Source: Fastidiosibacter lacustris (GTDB lineage: Bacteria > Pseudomonadota > Gammaproteobacteria > Francisellales > Francisellaceae). Taken from it: a stretch of DNA of 7,088 nt. Position 1 is the stretch's first letter, and each line of letters begins with the position of its first letter. The stretch covers positions 1 through 7,088 of the forward strand of contig NZ_QLIR01000033.1 in NCBI RefSeq assembly GCF_003428155.1, written 5' to 3'. The notes under the pieces are model-generated. The model saw nothing but the letters and a program-made list of their open reading frames with translations, ran no database searches and had not been told where the DNA came from. Both the position numbers and the translations under genes were made by a program. Of this stretch, positions 1-5,587 are shown piece after piece.

Positions 1-1595
1 GATACTTGAGTATCGTCAAGTATGTATCTAATCCTTTCATCAGGATAACTGGGGTCAATCGGCACATAGGCAGCCCCTGATTTTAAAATTCCCAAGATGC
101 CTATAATTATTTCTAAGCTTTTATCTAGACATAAAGCAATCAAGGTATCTGGTTTAATTTCAGTAAGTGATCGCAAGTATTTTGCCAGTTGATTGGCTTT
201 GGCATTGAGTTCAGCATACGTTAATTGTTGATCTTCAAATACCACGGCAACGTTATTTGGTGCCTTTTCAACTTGTTCTTCAAATAATTGATAAATGGTT
301 TTACCTTTTGGATAGGGTTTATCGGTTTTGTTCCAGTCGTATAGTAGTTTTTTTTTTTGATCAATTGACATTAATTCATATTCAGATAACTTTCTATATA
401 TGTTGGTTAATACTTCATTGACTAGATTTTTAAAATATTCAATAAAGTAACTAGGGATATAGTTTTGGTTATAACTTATCTCGTAACTGTTAGATATGCT
501 TTCGTATGAAAATAATAGCGTTAGAGGTTGTCCATAATACGTCCCTGAGTTTGAGCAAACAAAATCATTAATATTAATTTTTGGAGAAGTCATACATGCT
601 TCTACTAAAGTAATGTTAGGATGAAAACCATGATGTAAATCTTTTCGTATTTCCTCAAAAGCAATCGTCTGATATTCTCTGTCTATCTTATACTGAGCCT
701 TTATTTTCTCAAGCAATTCCGCAAATGTCATTTCTCCAGATAATTGAATCCGCATGGGAAACATACTGACAAAATAACCGACGATATTACTAAATTCACT
801 CGGGCGTATGTTTTTGGGATAAGACAACATAATGTCTGTCAGGTGAAAGCATCTATAAATAAAGGTACTGATTAAGGCATTAAAAAAGATAAACGGCGTT
901 GTTTTGTGTGCCTTTAAAAACCTTCTTAAGGCTTTGGGGTCAATATCAATGCGTTTACGCTCAACTTTACCCGTATCATCATCGGTATACTTAGCCAGAT
1001 CATTTTGCTGAGCACCTTGAAGATAGTGCTGCCAGTAATCAATGGTTTCCTGTTTTTTTTCAGCGATGATGTTTTCTTCATACTGTAAATAACTTGCCAA
1101 TGGATAAGTTTTGAATTGATGAATTGCTTCCAACCCTTCGTTATAAAGCTTTTCAAATACTTGACTAAAGATTGTCGTGGTCAGTCCATCTGAAATAATA
1201 TGATGCCAGACAAACTGAAAATAATACTGGTCATGATCTGTTTTAATCAGTATGGCTCTAAATAGCCAGTCCTTTTCAAGATCAAAAGGCTTGGCTCTTA
1301 ATTGTTCAAGTGCAGCAAGAATTTGATCTTGAGTAAAATGGTATAATTCCTGATAAATCACCTCTCCATCAAAGCGATCAAGAATGATTTGATTTGCGTC
1401 CCCTTCTGTTTCAATAAACCGTGTTTTAAAAGCTTCAAAATAATTACCAATTGTTTGATATATTGCTGCAAATTTATTTTTATCTAAATTACCCTGAACT
1501 TGATATGAAATCGCAATATTATAATTATCCGCGTAAGGATTAAGTTTGTAAGCATACCACAGTTCTTCCTGTTGCTTTGTTAATTTAAGAGTCAT
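1..1595 (-). CDS. Nonribosomal peptide synthetase, N-terminal part only (condensation domain, C-A linker and about the first 80 aa of an adenylation domain). The 3' end lies beyond the left edge.
   Basis: Not on the supplied ORF track because there is no stop codon inside the window. Hand translation of the minus strand from ATG 1595-1593 stays open for 531 codons down to position 3. A GGGAGGGA Shine-Dalgarno sits at 1601-1608, 5 nt before the ATG. N-terminus: MTLKLTKQQEELWYAYKLNPYADNYNIAISYQVQGNLD. The condensation-domain catalytic motif WHHIISDG (HHxxxDG) is encoded at 1185-1205. Linker and A-domain start: LLYDWNKTDKPYPKGKTIYQLFEEQVEKAPNNVAVVFEDQQ. An A1-like LTYAELN lies at 204-224 and an A2-like LKSGAAYVPID at 54-86. 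Confidence 0.9.
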   Translation of the reverse strand, partial: MTLKLTKQQEELWYAYKLNPYADNYNIAISYQVQGNLDKNKFAAIYQTIGNYFEAFKTRFIETEGDANQIILDRFDGEVIYQELYHFTQDQILAALEQLRAKPFDLEKDWLFRAILIKTDHDQYYFQFVWHHIISDGLTTTIFSQVFEKLYNEGLEAIHQFKTYPLASYLQYEENIIAEKKQETIDYWQHYLQGAQQNDLAKYTDDDTGKVERKRIDIDPKALRRFLKAHKTTPFIFFNALISTFIYRCFHLTDIMLSYPKNIRPSEFSNIVGYFVSMFPMRIQLSGEMTFAELLEKIKAQYKIDREYQTIAFEEIRKDLHHGFHPNITLVEACMTSPKININDFVCSNSGTYYGQPLTLLFSYESISNSYEISYNQNYIPSYFIEYFKNLVNEVLTNIYRKLSEYELMSIDQKKKLLYDWNKTDKPYPKGKTIYQLFEEQVEKAPNNVAVVFEDQQLTYAELNAKANQLAKYLRSLTEIKPDTLIALCLDKSLEIIIGILGILKSGAAYVPIDPSYPDERIRYILDDTQV

Positions 1596-1665
1596 TTCTA
1601 TCCCTCCCATTTTTGACTATAAATTTTATGTATATAATAGAGCAAAATAAGATCAGAAGCTCAAC

Positions 1666-1684
1666 ACTACTTGTAACAAGTAGT
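1666..1684. promoter_or_regulatory. Perfect 8-bp-stem palindrome (ACTACTTG taa CAAGTAGT) about 70 nt upstream of the NRPS start; possible operator or hairpin.
   Basis: Read directly: actacttg (1666-1673), taa, caagtagt (1677-1684). On the minus strand it lies just upstream of a TTGAGC hexamer (1659-1664). That hexamer is followed 19 nt later by TATTAT, a long spacer, so the promoter assignment is weak. Confidence 0.3.
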
Positions 1685-1788
1685 TTTATTTGATGTATTC
1701 AATCCGTTTCAAAGTACAAAAAACATCAATTTGATGAATAAAAATCAGTTGCATTATATTTAAACTCGGGGAATATGGCGATTCTCTT

Positions 1789-1898
1789 CTATTTGTTAGC
1801 GCCAGCAATAAAATGACCCTCAGCCAGAATTATTCTGCAAATCAACCAACATTATTTTGCAAATAGAATTTTAGAACCAGAATTATTCTACAAATGGA
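1789..1898. repeat. Left arm of a 110-bp inverted repeat pair flanking the toxin-antitoxin cassette.
   Basis: The reverse complement of 2791-2900 aligns to 1789-1898 without gaps. Identity is 104/110 overall and 92/95 over the core 1804-1898. Internally there are three direct copies of ATTATTYTRCAAAT starting at 1829, 1851 and 1882 (spacing 22 and 31 bp). There is also a 13-bp palindrome CAGAATtATTCTG at 1825-1837. Confidence 0.9.
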
Positions 1899-2013
1899 TT
1901 TGATTTTATGGTAATAAAAACGATCATTTATTTTGTTTTCTTTTACTCAATAAAATTCACTGATAATTTAGTCATAAATCAATTAAGATAAGTCAACAAA
2001 AATACATTTTCGT

Positions 2014-2328
2014 TTAAGCTTGCATGAAATTGATATGCCCTAATCCAGTTTGAGCTGGATGAACTGTTATTTCAATATCTTGCCCAAGCTTTAAGAGCAT
2101 ACCGAATAATCTATCAATGCTGAATCTGTCACAGTGACCATTGATAATTTTTGAAATATCACCCTGGTTAACACCGGTAATTTCTTCAGCTTCTCGTTGT
2201 CTAAGTTTTTTCTCTTTAATTACAATTGATATTTGCCGTGCTAGTGCTGATTTAGCTTGTAACTCATCGGCATTTTCAAACCCAAGGTCACTAAATACAT
2301 TACCCGAACTTTCTGTTATTTTGAGCAT
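2014..2328 (-). CDS. XRE-family helix-turn-helix antitoxin (HigA-like), 104 aa.
   Basis: ORF-track protein MLKITESSGNVFSDLGFENADELQAKSALARQISIVIKEKKLRQREAEEITGVNQGDISKIINGHCDRFSIDRLFGMLLKLGQDIEITV. The SSGNVFxDLGF N-terminus plus an HTH (LxQxEAAxxxGVxQxxISxIxxG) is the usual pattern of antitoxins paired with Gp49/RelE-type toxins. The ATG at 2328 lies 1 nt after the toxin stop codon, and a GGAGAAG Shine-Dalgarno sits inside the end of the toxin gene. Confidence 0.88.
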   Translation of the reverse strand: MLKITESSGNVFSDLGFENADELQAKSALARQISIVIKEKKLRQREAEEITGVNQGDISKIINGHCDRFSIDRLFGMLLKLGQDIEITVHPAQTGLGHINFMQA

Positions 2329-2329
2329 G

Positions 2330-2689
2330 TTACTTCTCCTGCATATTTAAAATTTCTTTTAACCGTTTCTTTATCAGGTCTATATCAGTTTTTGGCGTGC
2401 TAATGCCAGTTTTAGATTTTTTCTGAAAGCAATGCAATACGTATATAGCATCTTTCAATTTCACCGTATATACCGCTCTATAAGTATTCCCATCATAGTC
2501 CTCTACAACTTCAAGTGTAGATGCACCTTTAAAGTCACTGCCCTTTAAAGGCTTTGCTTTATCATGTTTTGTCCCTCTTTGAGCAAAATCTAACGCAAAG
2601 CCAAAGGTTCTTTTTACCTCATCTGGAAATTGTTTTAAATCATCTAAGGATGATCCTACCCACTTAAGTGGTTTTAATAGATTTGACAT
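2330..2689 (-). CDS. RelE/ParE-superfamily toxin of the phage Gp49-like (HigB-like) type, 119 aa.
   Basis: ORF-track protein with WVGSSLDDLKQFPDEVKRTFGFALDFAQRG...KPLKG...YRAVYTVKLKDAIYVLHCFQKKSKTGISTPKTDIDLIKKRLKEI. This pattern is typical of Gp49/HigB-type mRNA interferases. The toxin-first gene order matches HigBA-type modules. No clear Shine-Dalgarno precedes the ATG at 2689. Confidence 0.88.
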   Translation of the reverse strand: MSNLLKPLKWVGSSLDDLKQFPDEVKRTFGFALDFAQRGTKHDKAKPLKGSDFKGASTLEVVEDYDGNTYRAVYTVKLKDAIYVLHCFQKKSKTGISTPKTDIDLIKKRLKEILNMQEK

Positions 2690-2706
2690 AAAGGTATCTA
2701 TCGTTA

Positions 2707-2732
2707 TTTTTATGGTAATTATACCATAAAAA
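2707..2732 (-). promoter_or_regulatory. Toxin-antitoxin promoter/operator: a perfect 11-bp inverted repeat with an extended -10 at its centre.
   Basis: TTTTTATGGTA atta TACCATAAAAA spans 2707-2732. On the minus strand its centre reads TGGTATAAT (plus coordinates 2718-2726), which is TGnTATAAT. It lies 28 nt upstream of the toxin ATG. This geometry is expected for antitoxin autorepression. Confidence 0.65.
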
Positions 2733-2790
2733 ATTAAAAGTGAAAGAAACTATAGCTGGGTTTTCATTGAAGTTATCAAATATTCAAAAA

Positions 2791-2900
2791 TCCATTTGCA
2801 GAATAATTTTGGTTCTAAAATTCTATTTGCAAAATAATGTTGGTTGATTTGCAGAATAATTCTGGCTGAGCGTCATTTTATTGCTAGCGCGCACAAATAG
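2791..2900. repeat. Right arm of the 110-bp inverted repeat pair.
   Basis: See the left arm. Plus-strand sub-repeats ATTTGCARAATAAT start at 2794, 2825 and 2847 (spacing 31 and 22 bp). Confidence 0.9.
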
Positions 2901-2920
2901 GAAAAATAGACGTGGATAAA

Positions 2921-2929
2921 GATTAAATG
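2921..2929. promoter_or_regulatory. DnaA-box-like nonamer.
   Basis: cGTGGATAA matches 8 of 9 positions of the reverse complement of the TTATCCACA consensus. It lies between the right repeat arm and the direct repeats next to rep, and is followed by an A-rich tract at 2932-2965. Confidence 0.35.
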
Positions 2930-2993
2930 GAGAACAAAAAAAGCACAAGAAAAACGAGGGTTTTTCTGACACTTTAGGCGCATCGGATAAAAT

Positions 2994-3103
2994 CATTTAA
3001 TGTGGTCCAAGTAAAATATATTTGCGCGTCAAGATTCTACAGTCGCATTTAAAGTGATCCAAGCCAAAATTATAGTCGCAAATAATTTGGTCCAAAATTT
3101 ACA
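2994..3103 (+). repeat. Three phased direct copies of a 17-18 bp motif CAWWTAAWKTGRTCCAA; iteron-like, candidate origin.
   Basis: The copies start at 2994 (CATTTAATGTGGTCCAAG), 3046 (CATTTAAAGTGATCCAAG, 16/18 identical to the first) and 3079 (CAAATAATTTGGTCCAA, 14/17). Spacings are 52 and 33 bp, roughly 5 and 3 helical turns. AGTCGCA also recurs at 3041 and 3074. The last copy ends at the rep stop codon. Confidence 0.45.
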
Positions 3104-4459
3104 TTAGCAATACCCATATGGTTTAGAATATTGTCTATTTCCAGTATTACACAATATTTTTTTAATAATACTAAGACAATGCTTAAAACCTTTCCCTTGA
3201 AAATGAAATTCTGGATTGGATATTTGATACTCAATCCAAGCATAAACCTCATTTATACTTCCGATAACAGCCTTACCTGTCAAGGACAGCCATTTGAGTG
3301 ACTGCATTACAGCAATATGTTGTCTTGGTGTCAAATTAGGTTTTCGTATATCCTCTGCTTCAAAGATTGCCTTCTTATATTTCAATCTCCCATCACCATT
3401 AGGGAAAGATGTAGCATCACCATTTGCTCTTAACTGTATTTTAATTGCATCTTCAATCATCTCTACCTGATTATGATATATACTGCTTTCCTGAAGAGAA
3501 ACAAGTACATCGAATAGATCACTGGGATTAATTGAAAATTGTTCTGCGATTGTGATAATAATAGACTCTGTTTGATCAGTCATAAAATCTAAGTTGTGAG
3601 AAAAAACAGGATTAACAGATTTAACAATTTCCGCAACTTCATTTGGAATGATTTTAGACTCTTGTAATTTATTATAATTGTTATCTTCTTTTTTTGTTTT
3701 TCCTTTTATATAAGATTCCGCCAAATTTGCGGAGTCTGATTCCGTAACAGTGGCGGAATCAACATGATGATTTAAGCCAACACCATAAACTTCTTGATTA
3801 TATTCATTTTCCACTATTTCATTATTAAATTCAGAAGGTATAGTTTTGTCAGTCTCACTATTTTGAATAAGATTGTCGCTATCATCACTCATAGATGTAT
3901 TAACTTGGTAATCTTGGCATTGTTCAGATATATCTATATTATGTTGTAACTTAGAAATATTGATGTTTGTTAAATTTTCTATAAATTTTTCAAACCCCTC
4001 ATTGTTAAAACATTGATGCGATACATCTAATGTTTTATTTTGTGATGAATTACCTTTGATATCAACAATATCCTTAGTATATTCTTTTTTAAAATAAGTA
4101 TTGTTCTTTGTTGATTCAGGGTTCTTTAATAAAAGATCTATATTTGACATTATTGAGGTGAATTTTTCAGTGATGTAAATTTTTGTTCTTACTGCGCCAT
4201 CGTAGCACTTAATACGGACTCGATCAATCCATCCATCTTTATCCAGATCTGATAATGCTCTTTCGCAGGTTCTTTCTTTGAAACCAGTTTCCTCTGATAT
4301 ATACCTAATATTAGGTAATAAGAAGAATGGGTTTCCATTATCATCATAATACTTAGTACCCTGGACTCTGAAATATAGTAAATCTGCTATTTCAGCGTGG
4401 TTGTGATTTCCTATTTGTTCTCGCAAGATCTTACGACCGGCGTGAAATATTGTAGACAT
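3104..4459 (-). CDS. Putative plasmid replication initiator: N-terminal winged-helix-like domain, long acidic low-complexity linker and a C-terminal domain of unknown family; 451 aa.
   Basis: This is ORF-track frame 3104-4492, trimmed to the ATG at 4459. That ATG has an AAGGAA Shine-Dalgarno 6 nt upstream, whereas the track start at 4492 is a TTG with none. The N-terminus MSTIFHAGRKILREQ...ISEETGFKERTCERALSDLDKDGWIDRV looks like a wHTH. Residues about 130-300 are rich in N, S, D and E. The gene sits between iteron-like repeats and parAB. The function is inferred from context; no family was recognised. Confidence 0.5.
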   Translation of the reverse strand: MSTIFHAGRKILREQIGNHNHAEIADLLYFRVQGTKYYDDNGNPFFLLPNIRYISEETGFKERTCERALSDLDKDGWIDRVRIKCYDGAVRTKIYITEKFTSIMSNIDLLLKNPESTKNNTYFKKEYTKDIVDIKGNSSQNKTLDVSHQCFNNEGFEKFIENLTNINISKLQHNIDISEQCQDYQVNTSMSDDSDNLIQNSETDKTIPSEFNNEIVENEYNQEVYGVGLNHHVDSATVTESDSANLAESYIKGKTKKEDNNYNKLQESKIIPNEVAEIVKSVNPVFSHNLDFMTDQTESIIITIAEQFSINPSDLFDVLVSLQESSIYHNQVEMIEDAIKIQLRANGDATSFPNGDGRLKYKKAIFEAEDIRKPNLTPRQHIAVMQSLKWLSLTGKAVIGSINEVYAWIEYQISNPEFHFQGKGFKHCLSIIKKILCNTGNRQYSKPYGYC

Positions 4460-4486
4460 AGTACATTCCTTATTTAAAAAAAAGTC

Positions 4487-4515
4487 TTGCAAACAGGAAC
4501 CCTATATACTACAAT
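4487..4515 (+). promoter_or_regulatory. Orphan sigma70-like promoter on the plus strand, TTGCAA-17 bp-TACAAT.
   Basis: The -35 TTGCAA is at 4487-4492, followed by an exact 17-nt spacer and the -10 TACAAT at 4510-4515. An A-tract at 4475-4483 lies upstream. No plus-strand ORF follows. Confidence 0.4.
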
Positions 4516-4521
4516 TCATTT

Positions 4522-4597
4522 GTGATGTGAGTTGAGAAGTCTTTTTAGGTTCCTTAACTTGTAAAAAGCCCTGGTTTTAACTGGGGCTTTTTATTTT
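4522..4597 (+). ncRNA. Candidate small RNA of about 76 nt in the parB-rep spacer (hypothetical).
   Basis: It is bounded by the promoter above (predicted start near G4522) and by a hairpin at 4563-4592 followed by TTTTTATTTT. It contains only a 1-codon ORF. It also contains UUCCUUA (4550-4556), which is complementary to the rep Shine-Dalgarno UAAGGAA. Confidence 0.3.
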
Positions 4598-4613
4598 GTC
4601 CGCCCAGGCGGAC
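4563..4613. terminator. Two tandem hairpins forming a bidirectional intrinsic terminator after parB.
   Basis: Hairpin 1 is AAAAAGCCCTGG ttttaa CTGGGGCTTTTT (4563-4592). Two of its stem positions are G-U pairs only in a plus-strand transcript and mismatches in a minus-strand transcript. Hairpin 2 is GTCCGCC ca GGCGGAC (4598-4613), starting 1 nt after the parB stop codon. T-runs follow both hairpins on the plus strand. On the minus strand, TTTTTAC follows hairpin 1. Confidence 0.6.
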
Positions 4614-4614
4614 T

Positions 4615-5574
4615 TCATTTGATTTTATTTAATTCATTTTCAATTAACTCCATTATTTGTTTGTTAATAACATCATTATTTATGCTGTTATTAGATAGCA
4701 AAGTCGAAATATCTTTTGGGAAATGTATAGATGTTAAATTATTGTTATCCTTTCTCCATGTAAATATATGCCTTCCATTCTTGGAAATAATTTTATTAGC
4801 ATCTGGTTTAGGGCTATTGTTATTGCTGATATAGTTATTTACAATTTCAGTTAATTTATTATGTCCAAGAGATCCAGATCGAATGAGGGTCGCTTTCGAG
4901 ATTATTACTTGACAATGTTCATCACCTCTTTGAGCTAATCGTTTGATTGTCTCTGCAGTTCTGCATGATACTTTTGACATATCACCAATAGCTGAAATTA
5001 TTTCTTCTGGGATTTTTGAATAGGATAGTAAAGATGATACATATTGTTTGCTTTTTCCTAATTTCTCTGTTAAATCATTTTGCGTGATAATTTTATTATC
5101 AATTAATTTCGCATAGCTTATTCCCTTAGCATAATCTGATAGATCCTTTCTGTTGTCGTTTTCAGCAGCTTGGGCTAATGCAGACTCAGCATCGTTTATT
5201 TCTTTGATTATTACTTTTAATTTAATTCCTGCTGCTATCGCAGCCCGCCATCTTCTTTCACCAATAATTAGTTCATATTTATATTTATTTCCAACCTCAG
5301 TCGGTCTGACAATACATGGCTGTTGTTGCCCTATAGATAAGAACTCATCAGCTAATGACTTTATATCTCCGAGTTCATTTTCAGGTCTATCATGATATAT
5401 CCAGTTAACAATATCGTTGGGGTCTATTAATGTGACTTCTTCAACAACTTCATTTTCAAGCCATGTTCTACGCTTATTTTTTACCGCCTCATGCTCGTGA
5501 GATGATCCTTGTGATAATTTTATCTGTTCCGTGGTTATATTGAATTTCTGTGCAATCTTATTTAAATCAGCCAT
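4615..5574 (-). CDS. parB: ParB/Spo0J-family partition protein, 319 aa.
   Basis: This is ORF-track frame 4615-5655, trimmed to the ATG at 5574. That ATG has an AAGGAG Shine-Dalgarno (5582-5587) 7 nt upstream, directly after the parA stop codon at 5588-5590. The ParB-box motif GERRWRAA is encoded at 5239-5262. It is followed by an HTH-like stretch, DLTEKLGKSKQYVSSLLSYSKIPEEI. Confidence 0.9.
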   Translation of the reverse strand: MADLNKIAQKFNITTEQIKLSQGSSHEHEAVKNKRRTWLENEVVEEVTLIDPNDIVNWIYHDRPENELGDIKSLADEFLSIGQQQPCIVRPTEVGNKYKYELIIGERRWRAAIAAGIKLKVIIKEINDAESALAQAAENDNRKDLSDYAKGISYAKLIDNKIITQNDLTEKLGKSKQYVSSLLSYSKIPEEIISAIGDMSKVSCRTAETIKRLAQRGDEHCQVIISKATLIRSGSLGHNKLTEIVNNYISNNNSPKPDANKIISKNGRHIFTWRKDNNNLTSIHFPKDISTLLSNNSINNDVINKQIMELIENELNKIK

Positions 5575-5587
5575 TATAAGACTCCTT

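Noticed and set aside
926-1156. The 76-aa minus-strand ORF on the track.
   Set aside because: It lies entirely inside the NRPS coding region in a different frame. The NRPS frame carries clear domain motifs across this stretch (FEKLYNEGLEAIHQF...), so this is an out-of-frame shadow ORF.
1613-1692. Plus-strand TTGACT (1613-1618) and TATAAT (1633-1638) followed by the 1666-1684 hairpin and a T-run, considered as a second small RNA.
   Set aside because: The -35/-10 spacing is only 14 nt, too short for a sigma70 promoter. The hairpin has only 3 G-C pairs. In sequence this AT-rich such hexamers occur by chance. The palindrome is kept only as a possible operator.
1813-1866. A 17-codon mini-ORF (MTLSQNYSANQPTLFCK) conserved in both repeat arms.
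   Set aside because: It has no Shine-Dalgarno, and its conservation is fully explained by the DNA-level repeat identity. The single coding difference (ACC versus ACG) is uninformative.
2141-2350. The plus-strand 69-aa ORF. The plus-strand ORFs at 4619-4834, 5153-5395 and 5730-5954 are the same kind of case.
   Set aside because: All are antisense to well-supported genes (antitoxin/toxin, parB, parA). They have low-complexity, hydrophobic-biased translations and no ribosome-binding sites. These are typical antisense shadows.
1789-2900. XerC/XerD (pdif-type) recombination sites flanking the TA module, as seen in some plasmid dif modules.
   Set aside because: I looked for the 11-6-11 layout with a TTATGTTAA-type XerD arm at the arm boundaries and found none. 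The flanking structures here are 110-bp repeats of a different sequence.
1781-2908. A target-site duplication that would prove transposition of the repeat-flanked cassette.
   Set aside because: The outside flanks differ (attctctt on the left, gaaaaata on the right), so no direct duplication of 3-10 bp is evident. Mobility therefore remains only a hypothesis.
3070-3252. The 60-aa minus-strand ORF overlapping the rep 3' end.
   Set aside because: It is out of frame within the 451-aa gene and extends into the repeat region. It has no Shine-Dalgarno and no recognisable motif.
4460-4492. The track start of the rep-like ORF (TTG at 4492), and likewise the parB track start at 5655.
   Set aside because: The internal ATGs at 4459 and 5574 each have a canonical Shine-Dalgarno at 6-7 nt. 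The 5655 start would overlap parA by 68 nt and would add a non-conserved-looking leader (MHLAKVIMQQMITKNYSNIYIIKRSLI).
4495-4554. The 7-bp inverted repeat AGGAACC / GGTTCCT separated by 46 nt, considered as a parS or Rep operator.
   Set aside because: It is too short and too widely spaced to call on its own. It is mentioned only in connection with the candidate small RNA and the rep leader.
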